64,000 nucleotides of DNA from a virus (taxonomy: Duplodnaviria; Caudoviricetes). Numbering within the stretch: the stretch's first letter is position 1; each line of letters begins with the position of its first letter. Below, in pieces: positions 28,049 through 37,706 of this stretch. The position numbers were made by a program, and so were the translations under genes. The notes beneath the pieces are model-generated. The model made no database searches and had not been told where the DNA came from. It worked only from the letters and a program-made list of their open reading frames with translations. The stretch is taken from the IMG/VR virus record IMGVR_UViG_3300036804_000259, positions 456-64,455 of that record; one strand, written 5' to 3'.

Positions 28049-28242
28049 TCCGAGTGCCAGACCGCCAGGCTGCGATTGAATTTCTCGAAGGCCAGCATTG
28101 GCTCGGACGCGTCGTGCCTTTCTGTGTGCTGGTTCGCAAACCGCCGATCTGGATGATTCACGCTCGGATTATCCAAGGGCCGTTTGAATTAAATAAGCTT
28201 TATAGCTTTCAGGACGACGGCTGGGAATGGGGAGTATCGTAG
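28024..28242 (+). CDS. hypothetical protein
   Basis: Fills the gap before the portal. Confidence 0.4.
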   Translation: MLEGESVVIRVPDRQAAIEFLEGQHWLGRVVPFCVLVRKPPIWMIHARIIQGPFELNKLYSFQDDGWEWGVS

Positions 28243-28283
28243 ACTTGCATTAGCTCGATGCCGCGAGCATCATCCTTTTCGGG

Positions 28284-30707
28284 ATGCCGAGCGACGTTTA
28301 CAGTCCCACTGCCGCGGGCCTGTCCGCGGGACAGGGGCAATTCGCCCAACCTAAATTAGGTCGTGACGGTCGGCCGACAAATAAGCCGATCGAAAACGCG
28401 ATGCAGGCCTATCAGGTCTATCTGCGCTTCAAGCGCCAGAACCGCGCCAGGGCCACAAGAAACAAAATTATTCAGGACGTTTACAACGGTAAACCGCCCT
28501 ACGATCAGAAGGAGTTAGAAGACCAGAACCAAGGTTGGCGCAGCAACGTTTCCACGCAATTTCTATCCTCGATCGTCGACCGAGTTACACCGCGGTTCCA
28601 AGACGCGATCCATGACGTCAAAAGCTTAACCGCGAGCGAGCTGCCGGACTCCTACGACGACTACGTTAACAAGAGCGAGCTCTACCAATCCAAGACCACG
28701 GAACTCGTTCGTAAGTGGACCGGCTGGACCGATTTCACTCAACGAATCACGACCGAGAATGTGCTCCAAGGTTACACCTGCGCACTTTCAATCGATGAGC
28801 ACAATTGGCGTCCGCGCACCTTCCGCCAAGAGGACGTACTTTTCGATGAACAGTGCGCTCAAGAAACGCACCGGCTCGATTGTTTTTGCGTCCAACAGGA
28901 CTTTTACGTTCATGAGTTAATCAGCCTTCTTGAGGAGCCAGAGACTTCCGAAAAAGCCGGGTTCAACGTCGACAACCTGAAAAAAGCGATCGAGCACGCG
29001 ATGCCGCCACGGGAAGATCTACCGAGCGATCCGCGGCAACTCTCTGACATGGCTCGCGAAGCCAGCCTGTTTTTCTCATGGCATATGGCCTCGAAAATGA
29101 TCCAGACCGTCCACATCTTCGTAAGAAATTATCAGGGCGGAATCGATCACTGGTGGGTGAATCGTAACTCGAGTGTAATCGGCAAGGATCCCGGTCCGAT
29201 GAGCGAAGATACTCCCAGCGGCGGAGAGGAGCTTTTCTTCGGCGACAGCGTTGCCGACCTCATGGAGGATATTATCACTCTATTCACATTCCAGGCCGGC
29301 AACGATAGATTGTTCGGAAGTAAAGGCCTTGGCAGGCTATTGGTAAACATCGCGATCTCTATAGAACGCGAAAGAAATCTGTATTTTGATCAGCAATACA
29401 TCGCCGGCTTGTTGATCGGAACGGCCGAGGAAAAAGACATCCCGTTCCTCCAACCCAAAGTGTTGTCGCCATTTTTGATTCTGCCAAAAGGATTCGAGTT
29501 AATGGCGCAGCAGATGCAGATCAATCCCGAGACGTTTACCGGACTCGACAACAAACTGACCGCGATCTGCGAGATCATTGCCGGCACCTTCATGCCGGAA
29601 CAAGTCCAGTCCAATGGCCAAAGTGCGCAAACGGCGACCGAGGCGACCATCGACGCCAGTCGAGAAGAGCAAATCAAGCAAGGCATTCTCAATCGTTGGT
29701 GGAACCAATTCACTCGGCTCATCACTCAGATGCAGCGCCGGATCTACACGCCGCTCAACATTAAAGCCGCACTTGCGTACGCCGAGGCTCGAGACATGGC
29801 GGAAGCGGCCGGCCTGAAACTCGTTGACCAGGACATGATGGAGCGGCTGCTTAAGATCGATCCAAGGGCGGACGAGACTTACGCCACGGCGCCGGAACTC
29901 GGCCGGGCGGACGGAGACGCGGTCACAACCATTGTTGAGCTACTAGATGGAGGCTTGGCTGCGGAAGAGATTCTGGTGCTGGCGTACACGCCCGCGACCG
30001 AATACAACGCCAACGTCGGATCGGTAGAAGATAACAAGCTTTTGCAGTTTGCGGCCGTGGCTCAGGGCAATCCCTACTGGGATCAAGGTAAATTGAACTT
30101 CGAAAGTGGAGCAGCCATGATCGGCTATCGGCGAGCGAAAGATCTCTTCGTTGGTGATCCAGCTCTTAGCACCAACCTCGAGCAACAGCGCCAGCAATAC
30201 AGCGAGTGGAGCGATATGACGCTCGGCCAAGCGATGCCAGTCAGTGATCGCGACGACCATATCCAGCATCTAACCGCGTTGACTCAAAAGACGATGGCTT
30301 CGCTCAATACCATGCGCTCAATTCCGCCGGCAGCGATTCCGGAACAAGATCTGAACACGATGAAACTCGCGCTGATGCACGGCGACGCGCACGCCCAGGC
30401 CGAGAATAAAAAACCTTCCAGCACCAGTGCCGGAGCTGCTCGCACCAAGCGCACCAAACAATTACAACCTTTGACTCAGCAACTCGGCCAAGCGCATCAA
30501 GTGTTTCAGCAAATCCTCGATAACCGCACGAAGGCTCAGGCCTCCGCAGCTGCCATGGGCCAAGGTGCGCAGCCGCCATCCTTTACCGGAGCCGCCGGAG
30601 CCCAGCCTCCGACTCCTCCTCATCACGGCGCCGGTATCGGAGGAATCCCACATGTCCCACTCAACCCGAGCCCCAATCCGGCGAGCCTCGCCGGCATCCC
30701 TGCATGA
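28284..30707 (+). CDS. probable portal protein
   Basis: 807 aa mostly helical; QTATEA motif, D.H..H motif and Q/P-rich tail typical of P22-like portals; followed by a small gene and scaffold. Confidence 0.7.
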   Translation: MPSDVYSPTAAGLSAGQGQFAQPKLGRDGRPTNKPIENAMQAYQVYLRFKRQNRARATRNKIIQDVYNGKPPYDQKELEDQNQGWRSNVSTQFLSSIVDRVTPRFQDAIHDVKSLTASELPDSYDDYVNKSELYQSKTTELVRKWTGWTDFTQRITTENVLQGYTCALSIDEHNWRPRTFRQEDVLFDEQCAQETHRLDCFCVQQDFYVHELISLLEEPETSEKAGFNVDNLKKAIEHAMPPREDLPSDPRQLSDMAREASLFFSWHMASKMIQTVHIFVRNYQGGIDHWWVNRNSSVIGKDPGPMSEDTPSGGEELFFGDSVADLMEDIITLFTFQAGNDRLFGSKGLGRLLVNIAISIERERNLYFDQQYIAGLLIGTAEEKDIPFLQPKVLSPFLILPKGFELMAQQMQINPETFTGLDNKLTAICEIIAGTFMPEQVQSNGQSAQTATEATIDASREEQIKQGILNRWWNQFTRLITQMQRRIYTPLNIKAALAYAEARDMAEAAGLKLVDQDMMERLLKIDPRADETYATAPELGRADGDAVTTIVELLDGGLAAEEILVLAYTPATEYNANVGSVEDNKLLQFAAVAQGNPYWDQGKLNFESGAAMIGYRRAKDLFVGDPALSTNLEQQRQQYSEWSDMTLGQAMPVSDRDDHIQHLTALTQKTMASLNTMRSIPPAAIPEQDLNTMKLALMHGDAHAQAENKKPSSTSAGAARTKRTKQLQPLTQQLGQAHQVFQQILDNRTKAQASAAAMGQGAQPPSFTGAAGAQPPTPPHHGAGIGGIPHVPLNPSPNPASLAGIPA

Positions 30708-30958
30708 AAGTTAATTGGACCAATGATGACCGGGCCGCTTTCGGGGAATTCCTCGCATCGAGCTTAGGTCGAAAATTCACTCAATACATTGAGCAAGAGC
30801 GCCCTGAGTTTCCGGAATCAGGCGATTTAACCGCTATGGCTCTCGCCGGCAGGGCCGCAAAAGAACACGATAGAATCATCAAATTGATCGAAGGCATGGC
30901 TCGTCTGCCCGTGGCGCCAGGGCCAAAGGTCGAATTTGTGGAGGTCGAAACAGACTGA
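30704..30958 (+). CDS. small protein between portal and scaffold
   Basis: ATGA-coupled; W...D...F..FL.S.LG.KF pattern. Confidence 0.7.
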   Translation: MKVNWTNDDRAAFGEFLASSLGRKFTQYIEQERPEFPESGDLTAMALAGRAAKEHDRIIKLIEGMARLPVAPGPKVEFVEVETD

Positions 30959-30961
30959 CCT

Positions 30962-32341
30962 ATGGCCGATCCGCGAGTTACTAATTCCATTCCGCGCACG
31001 GTCGATACCAACATGAGTATCACCAGCGCTGAACAAAGCCTGGCACTCGATAAGGCTTTTGACGACGCGTTCGGCAGCATGGGCGAAGGCCCGAAAGAAA
31101 CGCCGCCGCCAGACGAAACAAAACCGGCCGAACCCGAAACGAAGCCGGCTCCCGCTGAAACAAAACCGCCACCAGCTGAGACAAAACCGCCAGAACCTGA
31201 AACAAAACCGGCCGAGCCGGCGCCAGGAGCTAAGGTTGAGGCACCAAAACCGGTCGAAACTCCGCCAGGAGTTAAGGTTGAGGCCACGCCGACAGTCCAT
31301 CCTGACGACGAACCCGATCCTGAACTCGATGCGATTCGGCTCCATCCGGATTCGCGACCCGAGACGGTCGAAGCGTTCAGGAATTTGCGAGGTGCGGCCA
31401 AAACCGAGCGCAAGCTCACCAAGGAGCTACGCGAAAAAGTTCAGGCTCAAGAGAAGGAACTCGCAACCTCTCGTTCGCAGGTGCGCCCAGTCAGCGATCC
31501 ACAAGTCCAAACGGAGTTGGAGACACTGCGCAATTTTCATCAGACGCATAGGATCTTTGATGACTCGAGTTTCCAATCCCAATACGAACTGCCGGTGCGC
31601 TCGATCTTTGACGACATCATAAAAGATGTCAAATCGATGGCGAGCGACCAGGGCGCAGCGGACCAATGGGAGAAAGAGATCCGAGCCGCCGGCCCTGACA
31701 AACTGGACCGCGCTTATTGGAGCCAGGGCGTCATTAGCCAATGCGATGACCCGCTCCAGCGCGACCGGCTCACGCGCAAAATCAGTACGCTGCTCGAGGC
31801 TCAAGACAAGCGGAATGAATTCCGCGAGAAGATGGTTAACGAGCCCAACGCGTACGACGCGTGGCAGCAGGCGCAGGTCGCGACTTACTGGAAACAGTTC
31901 GGAGATGAGGCTGCGGACGAAGTGAAAAAGTTGTTGCCCGAAATGGGCGACTGGGCAAGCGAAAGAGACTTGGCTCTTGCGAAATCGGCGCAAGAACGGA
32001 CCGCCTGGGAATCGCACAATAAGACCTACAAAGAGTACGAAGGCCTCTTTCAACAACTGCTCACTGACGCAGCGACCCAAGGTCCGCGAGGCATGACTCG
32101 AGTCGCAGCTCGGGCCACGATGGCTGAACATTATAAACGCGAACTTGCCTCGAGTCAGACCCAGCTAGAAAAGATCAAGGGAGAGCTCGCGGCCGCGCAG
32201 GAAGAGCTTAATAAAATCGCGAACGCTCGCAGCAAAGTGAATGCCTCGAGCGGCACATCGACCGGTGCAAAAGACACGCCTCGGCGCCGGATCGGTCAAA
32301 CAGTAGACGATGCCTTTAAGGAACACTTCGGCACCACATGA
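30962..32341 (+). CDS. probable head scaffolding protein
   Basis: Acidic P/E/T/K repeat N-terminus, long coiled coils, short C-terminal helix. Confidence 0.65.
   Translation: MADPRVTNSIPRTVDTNMSITSAEQSLALDKAFDDAFGSMGEGPKETPPPDETKPAEPETKPAPAETKPPPAETKPPEPETKPAEPAPGAKVEAPKPVETPPGVKVEATPTVHPDDEPDPELDAIRLHPDSRPETVEAFRNLRGAAKTERKLTKELREKVQAQEKELATSRSQVRPVSDPQVQTELETLRNFHQTHRIFDDSSFQSQYELPVRSIFDDIIKDVKSMASDQGAADQWEKEIRAAGPDKLDRAYWSQGVISQCDDPLQRDRLTRKISTLLEAQDKRNEFREKMVNEPNAYDAWQQAQVATYWKQFGDEAADEVKKLLPEMGDWASERDLALAKSAQERTAWESHNKTYKEYEGLFQQLLTDAATQGPRGMTRVAARATMAEHYKRELASSQTQLEKIKGELAAAQEELNKIANARSKVNASSGTSTGAKDTPRRRIGQTVDDAFKEHFGTT
31113..31220 (+). repeat. about 5 copies of a 21 bp coding repeat (ETKP-x-x-x)
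   Basis: DETKPAEPETKPAPAETKPPPAETKPPEPETKPAEP. Confidence 0.8.
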
Positions 32342-33168
32342 GCACTGCACCGTCACTTGAGTTGAATCCACTGCCAGAGGCTCCGCCGGACGCTCCGCAG
32401 TGGCATAACATCGATTATACGCAGTTCAGCATGTCTTATCGTAAGCCGGCTTACCCGGTCACGATCATGATGCCGTATTTGGACGGGATCCGCGGTCCTG
32501 TCGTCGCCAGCATGCTTTATTACGCGAAGCATCTAGATGTCGGGTTTGAATTAGTGGGCAACACTGTGATTGCCTCGGCTCGGAACGAGTTAGCTGACCG
32601 GTTTTTGCGCTCCAATGCGACCTGGTCTTTTTGGGTAGACTCAGACGTTTTCCTGCCTTTCGGCAATGCGGATGCTTTCAATGCTTACACGTCTACTACC
32701 AAGGGCCGGCAATTCACCGAGCACAACGCGCTCGTGCGTCTGTTGTCCCATAAGCAGCCTCTAGTCGGCGGAGTTTATGCCGGACGTTTCAAGCGCTCGC
32801 CATTAACGATTCAGCCGGACCTAGCGCCAAGAAATCCGAACGATTCCCGTATCAGTCAAAGTTTGCGCGAAGGCAATAATGCCGGAGGCTTGCAACCAGT
32901 CGATTGGATTGCTGCCGGCTGCATGCTCGTCCATCGAAAAGTGTTCGAAAAGATCATGGAGACGCAGCCGATCGAGCCGCGTTTTAAAAAAGATTATTAT
33001 CCCTTTTTCACTGCGTTTCCTGATACGCCAGGACACGAAGACATCGCCTTTTGCACACGAGCCAAAGAGGCTGGAGCGCAGCCACTCTTGGATACTGAAG
33101 TGCGATGCGGACACATCGGATTGTCCATGTTCTTGTGCGAAGATTCCGAACCGCCGCCCAAACGCTAG
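32338..33168 (+). CDS. GT-A fold glycosyltransferase (family 2-like)
   Basis: IASARNELA..FL, FWVDSDV (DxD), VGGVY, AAGCMLVHRKVFE, HEDIAFC, DTEVRCGHIG. Confidence 0.85.
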   Translation: MSTAPSLELNPLPEAPPDAPQWHNIDYTQFSMSYRKPAYPVTIMMPYLDGIRGPVVASMLYYAKHLDVGFELVGNTVIASARNELADRFLRSNATWSFWVDSDVFLPFGNADAFNAYTSTTKGRQFTEHNALVRLLSHKQPLVGGVYAGRFKRSPLTIQPDLAPRNPNDSRISQSLREGNNAGGLQPVDWIAAGCMLVHRKVFEKIMETQPIEPRFKKDYYPFFTAFPDTPGHEDIAFCTRAKEAGAQPLLDTEVRCGHIGLSMFLCEDSEPPPKR

Positions 33169-33242
33169 CTTCCGCTAAGGGCATTGATATTTCACAAGAA
33201 TTTTGCTTGTGTCTAGCTAGCAAGCAGGCGCATAGGCACTGT

Positions 33243-33953
33243 ATGCAACCGTTCTTAGCTCTTATTACTCCCCTTGCTCAACCCGCTGAACCTCCCGGCC
33301 TCTGGCCACCGGGTGGCGGGATCGAAGCGCCGAGTCATCCCATCGCTCCTGGCGGACCGCCGCCGCAAGTCTGGCCCGGTCCCGGAGCTCCTACGCATCC
33401 CATCGCTCCGGGTGGACCACCGCCAGAAGTCTGGCCAGGCCCCGGCTATCCGGCGCACCCGATTGCACCCGGCGGACCGCCGCCTGGAATCTGGCCAGGG
33501 CCAGGGGCTCCTGGTCATCCGATCGCACCCGGTGGCGGACCAAGTCATCCCATCGTGATCCCGCCAGACGCTATTGCGCCTGGGGTTCCAAGTCATCCCA
33601 TTTATTTGCCGCCGCCAGTCCCAGGTCATCCGATCGTAATCCCGCCAGAGTCGATCGCTCCCGGCGTGCCCGCGCACCCGATTGTGCTCCCGCCAGCAAC
33701 ACCTGAGCACCCGATCGTAATTCCGCCTGATGCCATCGCGCCAGGAGTGCCAAGTCACCCAATTGTGCTGCCGCCGGGATCGCCCGAGCATCCGATCGTG
33801 CTTCCGCCGACAGATCCCTCAACGCCAGAGAATAGCTTCACTGTCGCGGTCCGAAACAATGCAACCGGAGAGGTTAAAACGGTCACCTTCGTTCCCGGTG
33901 ATCCATCAATTCCTGGTGCCCAGCCGCCGACAACTCCTGGGCCAAAAGAATAG
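33243..33953 (+). CDS. Pro-rich PxHPI-repeat protein
   Basis: 11 PxHPI motifs in two repeat families. Confidence 0.8.
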   Translation: MQPFLALITPLAQPAEPPGLWPPGGGIEAPSHPIAPGGPPPQVWPGPGAPTHPIAPGGPPPEVWPGPGYPAHPIAPGGPPPGIWPGPGAPGHPIAPGGGPSHPIVIPPDAIAPGVPSHPIYLPPPVPGHPIVIPPESIAPGVPAHPIVLPPATPEHPIVIPPDAIAPGVPSHPIVLPPGSPEHPIVLPPTDPSTPENSFTVAVRNNATGEVKTVTFVPGDPSIPGAQPPTTPGPKE

Positions 33954-33980
33954 TTGTTCCGTAGCTAGACAGCGATACCA

Positions 33981-34023
33981 GAGCCGCCGCTTTTTACTAG
34001 GGGAAGCGGCGGCTCCTTTTCTT
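33981..34023 (+). terminator. intrinsic terminator directly before the next start codon
   Basis: GAGCCGCCGCTT...AAGCGGCGGCTC then CTTTTCTT-ATG. Confidence 0.65.
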
Positions 34024-35601
34024 ATGAAAAAAGCTCTTTTGTTGTTCCTTCTCTTTTCTGTAGCCACTCTACGCGGCTACACGACTGCCAAGCAGCACGG
34101 CGTCAATAAGCTGGTTACTAACGGGAGCCAAGCTGATGTGCAGGCTGCAATCGATGCGGCTCCTGATAACGGTCAAACCACCGTGGTTGTTCCCGAAGGC
34201 ACGTATGATTGGAGCGGCACGCTCTCCATCACCAAAGCGGTCAGCCTAGCTGGGGAAAATGCCACTGGCACTATAATCAAAAACCAGAACGCCAGTAGCC
34301 CCATGATCGACGCTAGTGCAGGTAAAAAGGGGCACATCAATATCTATTGGCTGCACGTTGTGCAGGCAGTCAATAACCAGCCCGGTGCGGGGCACGCCTT
34401 CATGCTGAAGTGCGATCGGGATGACTCCACTGCCTACACCGTGCTGGTGCATGATTGTTCCTTCGATCAAGCTGGGGTTTACTCTTACTCAGTTGAGGCC
34501 GCAACCAATGGAATCATCTTTTGGAAAGACACCTTTATTGGCAGCGGTAGAGACGGGATGGGTGGTATTTCCTGGCGCGTCCTCAAAGGCGGTTATGAAG
34601 GCTGGAACACGCCGGACACGCTTGGTGATCAGGACAGAACCGGTTTAGCTAACACCTACGTCGAAGACTGCACCTTGAAGTTTGCCAGTACTGGAATCGG
34701 AAATTTCGACGATAATTCTCGCGTTGTGGTCCGCTATTCGGCCTTTGATAACGCCACAGTCGGCAGTCACGGTCAGGAGACTAGCATTTACGGAGTTAGA
34801 CAATTCGAATTTTATAACAACGACTTTAAAGTCGATTCTGCTAACAACTCCTACAACCTAAATAGTTATGTTATGGTCAGAGGAGGAACCGGAGTCATTA
34901 CCAATAACCGGCTGGATGAAATCCCCTGGGGCAAAAGCCAATTCCAGCTCAATGTGTTCAGCATTACCCGAGGAGCCAACGATGGTGCCGGTGGCAGTTT
35001 CTGTCCCATTGAATATCCGGCTCCGCGTCAGACGGGCTGGGGCTGGGCCAATAACAACGCCAATTGGGGCAAGGTTGAGGATAGCAACACTCAGGTAATG
35101 GAGAACGGCCAGAATCCCGGCTATTTTGCGCCCAACGGCAAAGGCGCAGTGCTGGACCCGGTCTACATTTGGAACAATACCGGCCCAGGGGCATCAGCAC
35201 CGGGCTATGTATCTATCCAGACCTATCAGCCGGACAATTGCGGCAACGGGTTAAACATCTCTGCCTATCTGCAAAAGAATAGGGACTATTACGTCAATGT
35301 AGCCAGGCCAAATTGGCATCCCTACACCTACCCGCATCCGTTGCATGCCCAGTTTGAAGCCGGCGGTGGTGGACCGCAACCTACGCCAACGCCACAACCC
35401 ACGCCGACTCCCCAACCTACTCCAACCCCGCCGCAACCCACGCCTACGCCGCAACCAACACCTAATCCAACGCCTACACCCGGTCCCAGTGCGAGCCCAT
35501 CTCCGCTAGTAATCGATGGCGACTTGCATGTGAAAGGGGATCTCGAAGTGGACGGAAGCTTGAAAGTGGGAGGTCAGATCAAGAAGGGCGGTAAACCCTA
35601 G
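34024..35601 (+). CDS. secreted right-handed beta-helix (pectin lyase-like) protein with PT linker
   Basis: Signal peptide MKKALLLFLLFSVA; DVQAAIDAA..G..VVVPEGTY; N/G-rich strands; YTYPHPL; PQPTPT repeats. Confidence 0.75.
   Translation: MKKALLLFLLFSVATLRGYTTAKQHGVNKLVTNGSQADVQAAIDAAPDNGQTTVVVPEGTYDWSGTLSITKAVSLAGENATGTIIKNQNASSPMIDASAGKKGHINIYWLHVVQAVNNQPGAGHAFMLKCDRDDSTAYTVLVHDCSFDQAGVYSYSVEAATNGIIFWKDTFIGSGRDGMGGISWRVLKGGYEGWNTPDTLGDQDRTGLANTYVEDCTLKFASTGIGNFDDNSRVVVRYSAFDNATVGSHGQETSIYGVRQFEFYNNDFKVDSANNSYNLNSYVMVRGGTGVITNNRLDEIPWGKSQFQLNVFSITRGANDGAGGSFCPIEYPAPRQTGWGWANNNANWGKVEDSNTQVMENGQNPGYFAPNGKGAVLDPVYIWNNTGPGASAPGYVSIQTYQPDNCGNGLNISAYLQKNRDYYVNVARPNWHPYTYPHPLHAQFEAGGGGPQPTPTPQPTPTPQPTPTPPQPTPTPQPTPNPTPTPGPSASPSPLVIDGDLHVKGDLEVDGSLKVGGQIKKGGKP
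35373..35482 (+). repeat. PQPTPT linker repeats
   Basis: About 6 imperfect 18 bp units. Confidence 0.8.
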
Positions 35602-37706
35602 CCGACCTGCTCAAATGCGTTGCCGTAGGTTGAGCGCGGCCACTGAAGCGAAATCGTAGCGTGCGGATTTCGCGCAGCCCATTCGTCATCCAATAGTTGC
35701 ACCGCCAGCTGGAGTTGGTCCATCGCGATCTGGACTCCAGCTGTCGGCATGAAAGGCGTTGAGGCCGCGCCGGCACCGCCCGTGCGCATCGCTGCGACGG
35801 CCGTCATCGCCAGAATGATCGCTTCGCGGCTCCGGACGTGCAGCGGATCAGTCAGTTGCGCGATCTTAGCCCAATTTCGTTTGTAGCGGATCCGCACCCG
35901 TTTGCACATCGTCCCTACGCGAATAAGCCGGTATTGCGGTTCAATATCCCACGGCCAATACATCGCTACGAAATCAGTTTGGCTCGCAGGATCGAACGGG
36001 CCTGGCACCACGCATGCCGGCGGAATTTCCTGCGGATAAGCAGGGTCCGGACAACCGGTCGAATCAGTGCCTATTGGGATATTCGCGTTGTAGAACGGAT
36101 TGACCGCAAAGAGATTGATGAACCCGTAGGTCGGATCTTTGGTGACTCTCTCTACGCGGTCGAAGACGTATTTGCTCGGTGCAAACCGATTGGCGTAGCA
36201 AGGGATATCTACTCCCCATTGACCTCGGCTATTGAGTACTGGGCTCTCTTGCAGATAGCCGTAGACCGTTATTCGGGCGCCGTTATCTTGGCCGAGTTCC
36301 GGTTGTGCGTATAGCGCGGCCGGACCGCGGAGCCGGAACGCAAATGGCGTCGTGCCGACTTCCTCCCACCCTTTCCCGAGTCGATTGGAGCCGTTGATAC
36401 CAACACTGCCCCAGCCGCTTGAATACGGATATACAGAAGCATTAGTTGAACCCTGTTGTTGAGCTAATTGCGACCATGGTTGCCAGCCTTCGGACTGTTG
36501 CTGCAAATCTCCGAATTCGCCCAAGCCGGCATAAGAAAACTCGAACCAGGGCGAATGGTAAGCGCCAATGGTCCGGTTAACATTCATGGCCAGGATCGTG
36601 TCCACGTAGCGCGGCAAGGCGATGTAGTAATCCTGGTCAGCGCGTAGCGTCACGACGCCGGTTAAGCCATCCCAATATTGACACTTGTTATAGAGCAACT
36701 CCATCGTGCTCGTGATTCGATCGAAAATCTTTGGCCGGCCGATGAAGCCAAAGATCCGCGCTGCTTCGTCGTAAATGTCCGCGCAGATGACCACGTCTCT
36801 TTGGCCGATTGTGAGGTTGAGCGCGGTCGCGACCTCGGTTGCCGTTGAGGATTGGAAGTACGCATTCCGAGCGGCTTGCTCTTCGTTGAGATAGGTAACA
36901 GCCTGCTGTTCTGCTGCCTGCGCTAAGTCAAAATGCACCTCGTCGTAATACTTGATGGCCTGGCATTGCATCACGACCGCTTGCGAACTGTTCAGCGGGA
37001 TCACATCCAGCAAGCTCGTGATCGGCATCGTCTTGCGCCGAGCTAGCATGCGTACGCCAACCGCTTTCTGACTCAACTTGATGCACGAGAATTCCGGCAG
37101 TGTGATGCTGGGGTAATAGTTCGCTAGAAGATAAGGACCGGCGTATAGCGACACGGTTCCCACACTTGGCGGTTTAACCACTTCAATGACCCCGTAGACC
37201 GAATTGCTTAGGCTCGGAGTCGTACCTGCCGGCGCAATCGGCAGAGTAATGATGTAATCGGTCCGGCTGCGCCCGCGGACCTTGATCGTCAGGTCTAACT
37301 CAGTGTCAGCTTCCGAGTCGCTGATCGCTCGGAGTTGAAAGGCCCCTCGAGGCCATTTGCGTTGGATCGGACCGGTAAGCCGTTCCTGCCATTGCCAGCC
37401 GGCCTCGAGATCATTCGAGCCGGGACCATTCAGCGTGAATTCGTAGAGCGGCGGGCGCGAAAAGGTCGGATTGCCGTTGATATTGACCCTGATCGGTTTC
37501 TCGATTTGATAGGGCAGAAACACGTAGTAATCCTGCTGCACCGGCAGGTCTACGTAGATCATCAAAGGATCGAAAGTGATTGAGACAGCGCACGCTTTCC
37601 GCGCCAGCGTTTCGACGGCTCGAGTAAGGACCGAAAATAAATATGTTTGATCACAGCGTCCGAGTACCTGACTTACTTCGCCGATGATGTCAGATACAAG
37701 AATCAT
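35598..37706 (-). CDS. probable head-tail adaptor with two tandem homologous domains
   Basis: Halves align: SDII.E..VLG / ADIYDE...FG; QDYYVFLPYQ / QDYYIALPRY; YEFTLNGPG / FEFSYAGLG. Confidence 0.55.
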   Translation of the reverse strand: MILVSDIIGEVSQVLGRCDQTYLFSVLTRAVETLARKACAVSITFDPLMIYVDLPVQQDYYVFLPYQIEKPIRVNINGNPTFSRPPLYEFTLNGPGSNDLEAGWQWQERLTGPIQRKWPRGAFQLRAISDSEADTELDLTIKVRGRSRTDYIITLPIAPAGTTPSLSNSVYGVIEVVKPPSVGTVSLYAGPYLLANYYPSITLPEFSCIKLSQKAVGVRMLARRKTMPITSLLDVIPLNSSQAVVMQCQAIKYYDEVHFDLAQAAEQQAVTYLNEEQAARNAYFQSSTATEVATALNLTIGQRDVVICADIYDEAARIFGFIGRPKIFDRITSTMELLYNKCQYWDGLTGVVTLRADQDYYIALPRYVDTILAMNVNRTIGAYHSPWFEFSYAGLGEFGDLQQQSEGWQPWSQLAQQQGSTNASVYPYSSGWGSVGINGSNRLGKGWEEVGTTPFAFRLRGPAALYAQPELGQDNGARITVYGYLQESPVLNSRGQWGVDIPCYANRFAPSKYVFDRVERVTKDPTYGFINLFAVNPFYNANIPIGTDSTGCPDPAYPQEIPPACVVPGPFDPASQTDFVAMYWPWDIEPQYRLIRVGTMCKRVRIRYKRNWAKIAQLTDPLHVRSREAIILAMTAVAAMRTGGAGAASTPFMPTAGVQIAMDQLQLAVQLLDDEWAARNPHATISLQWPRSTYGNAFEQVG

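Noticed and set aside
30781-32131. Several overlapping ORFs across the scaffold gene
   Set aside because: Explained by the repetitive, stop-poor coding sequence of the plus-strand gene
33330-33810. CRISPR-like repeat array
   Set aside because: Repeats are in-frame coding units with synonymous variation and no unique spacers
33730-34023. N-terminal extension of the 623 aa ORF in the track
   Set aside because: Overlaps the PxHPI gene and a terminator; the signal peptide begins at ATG 34024
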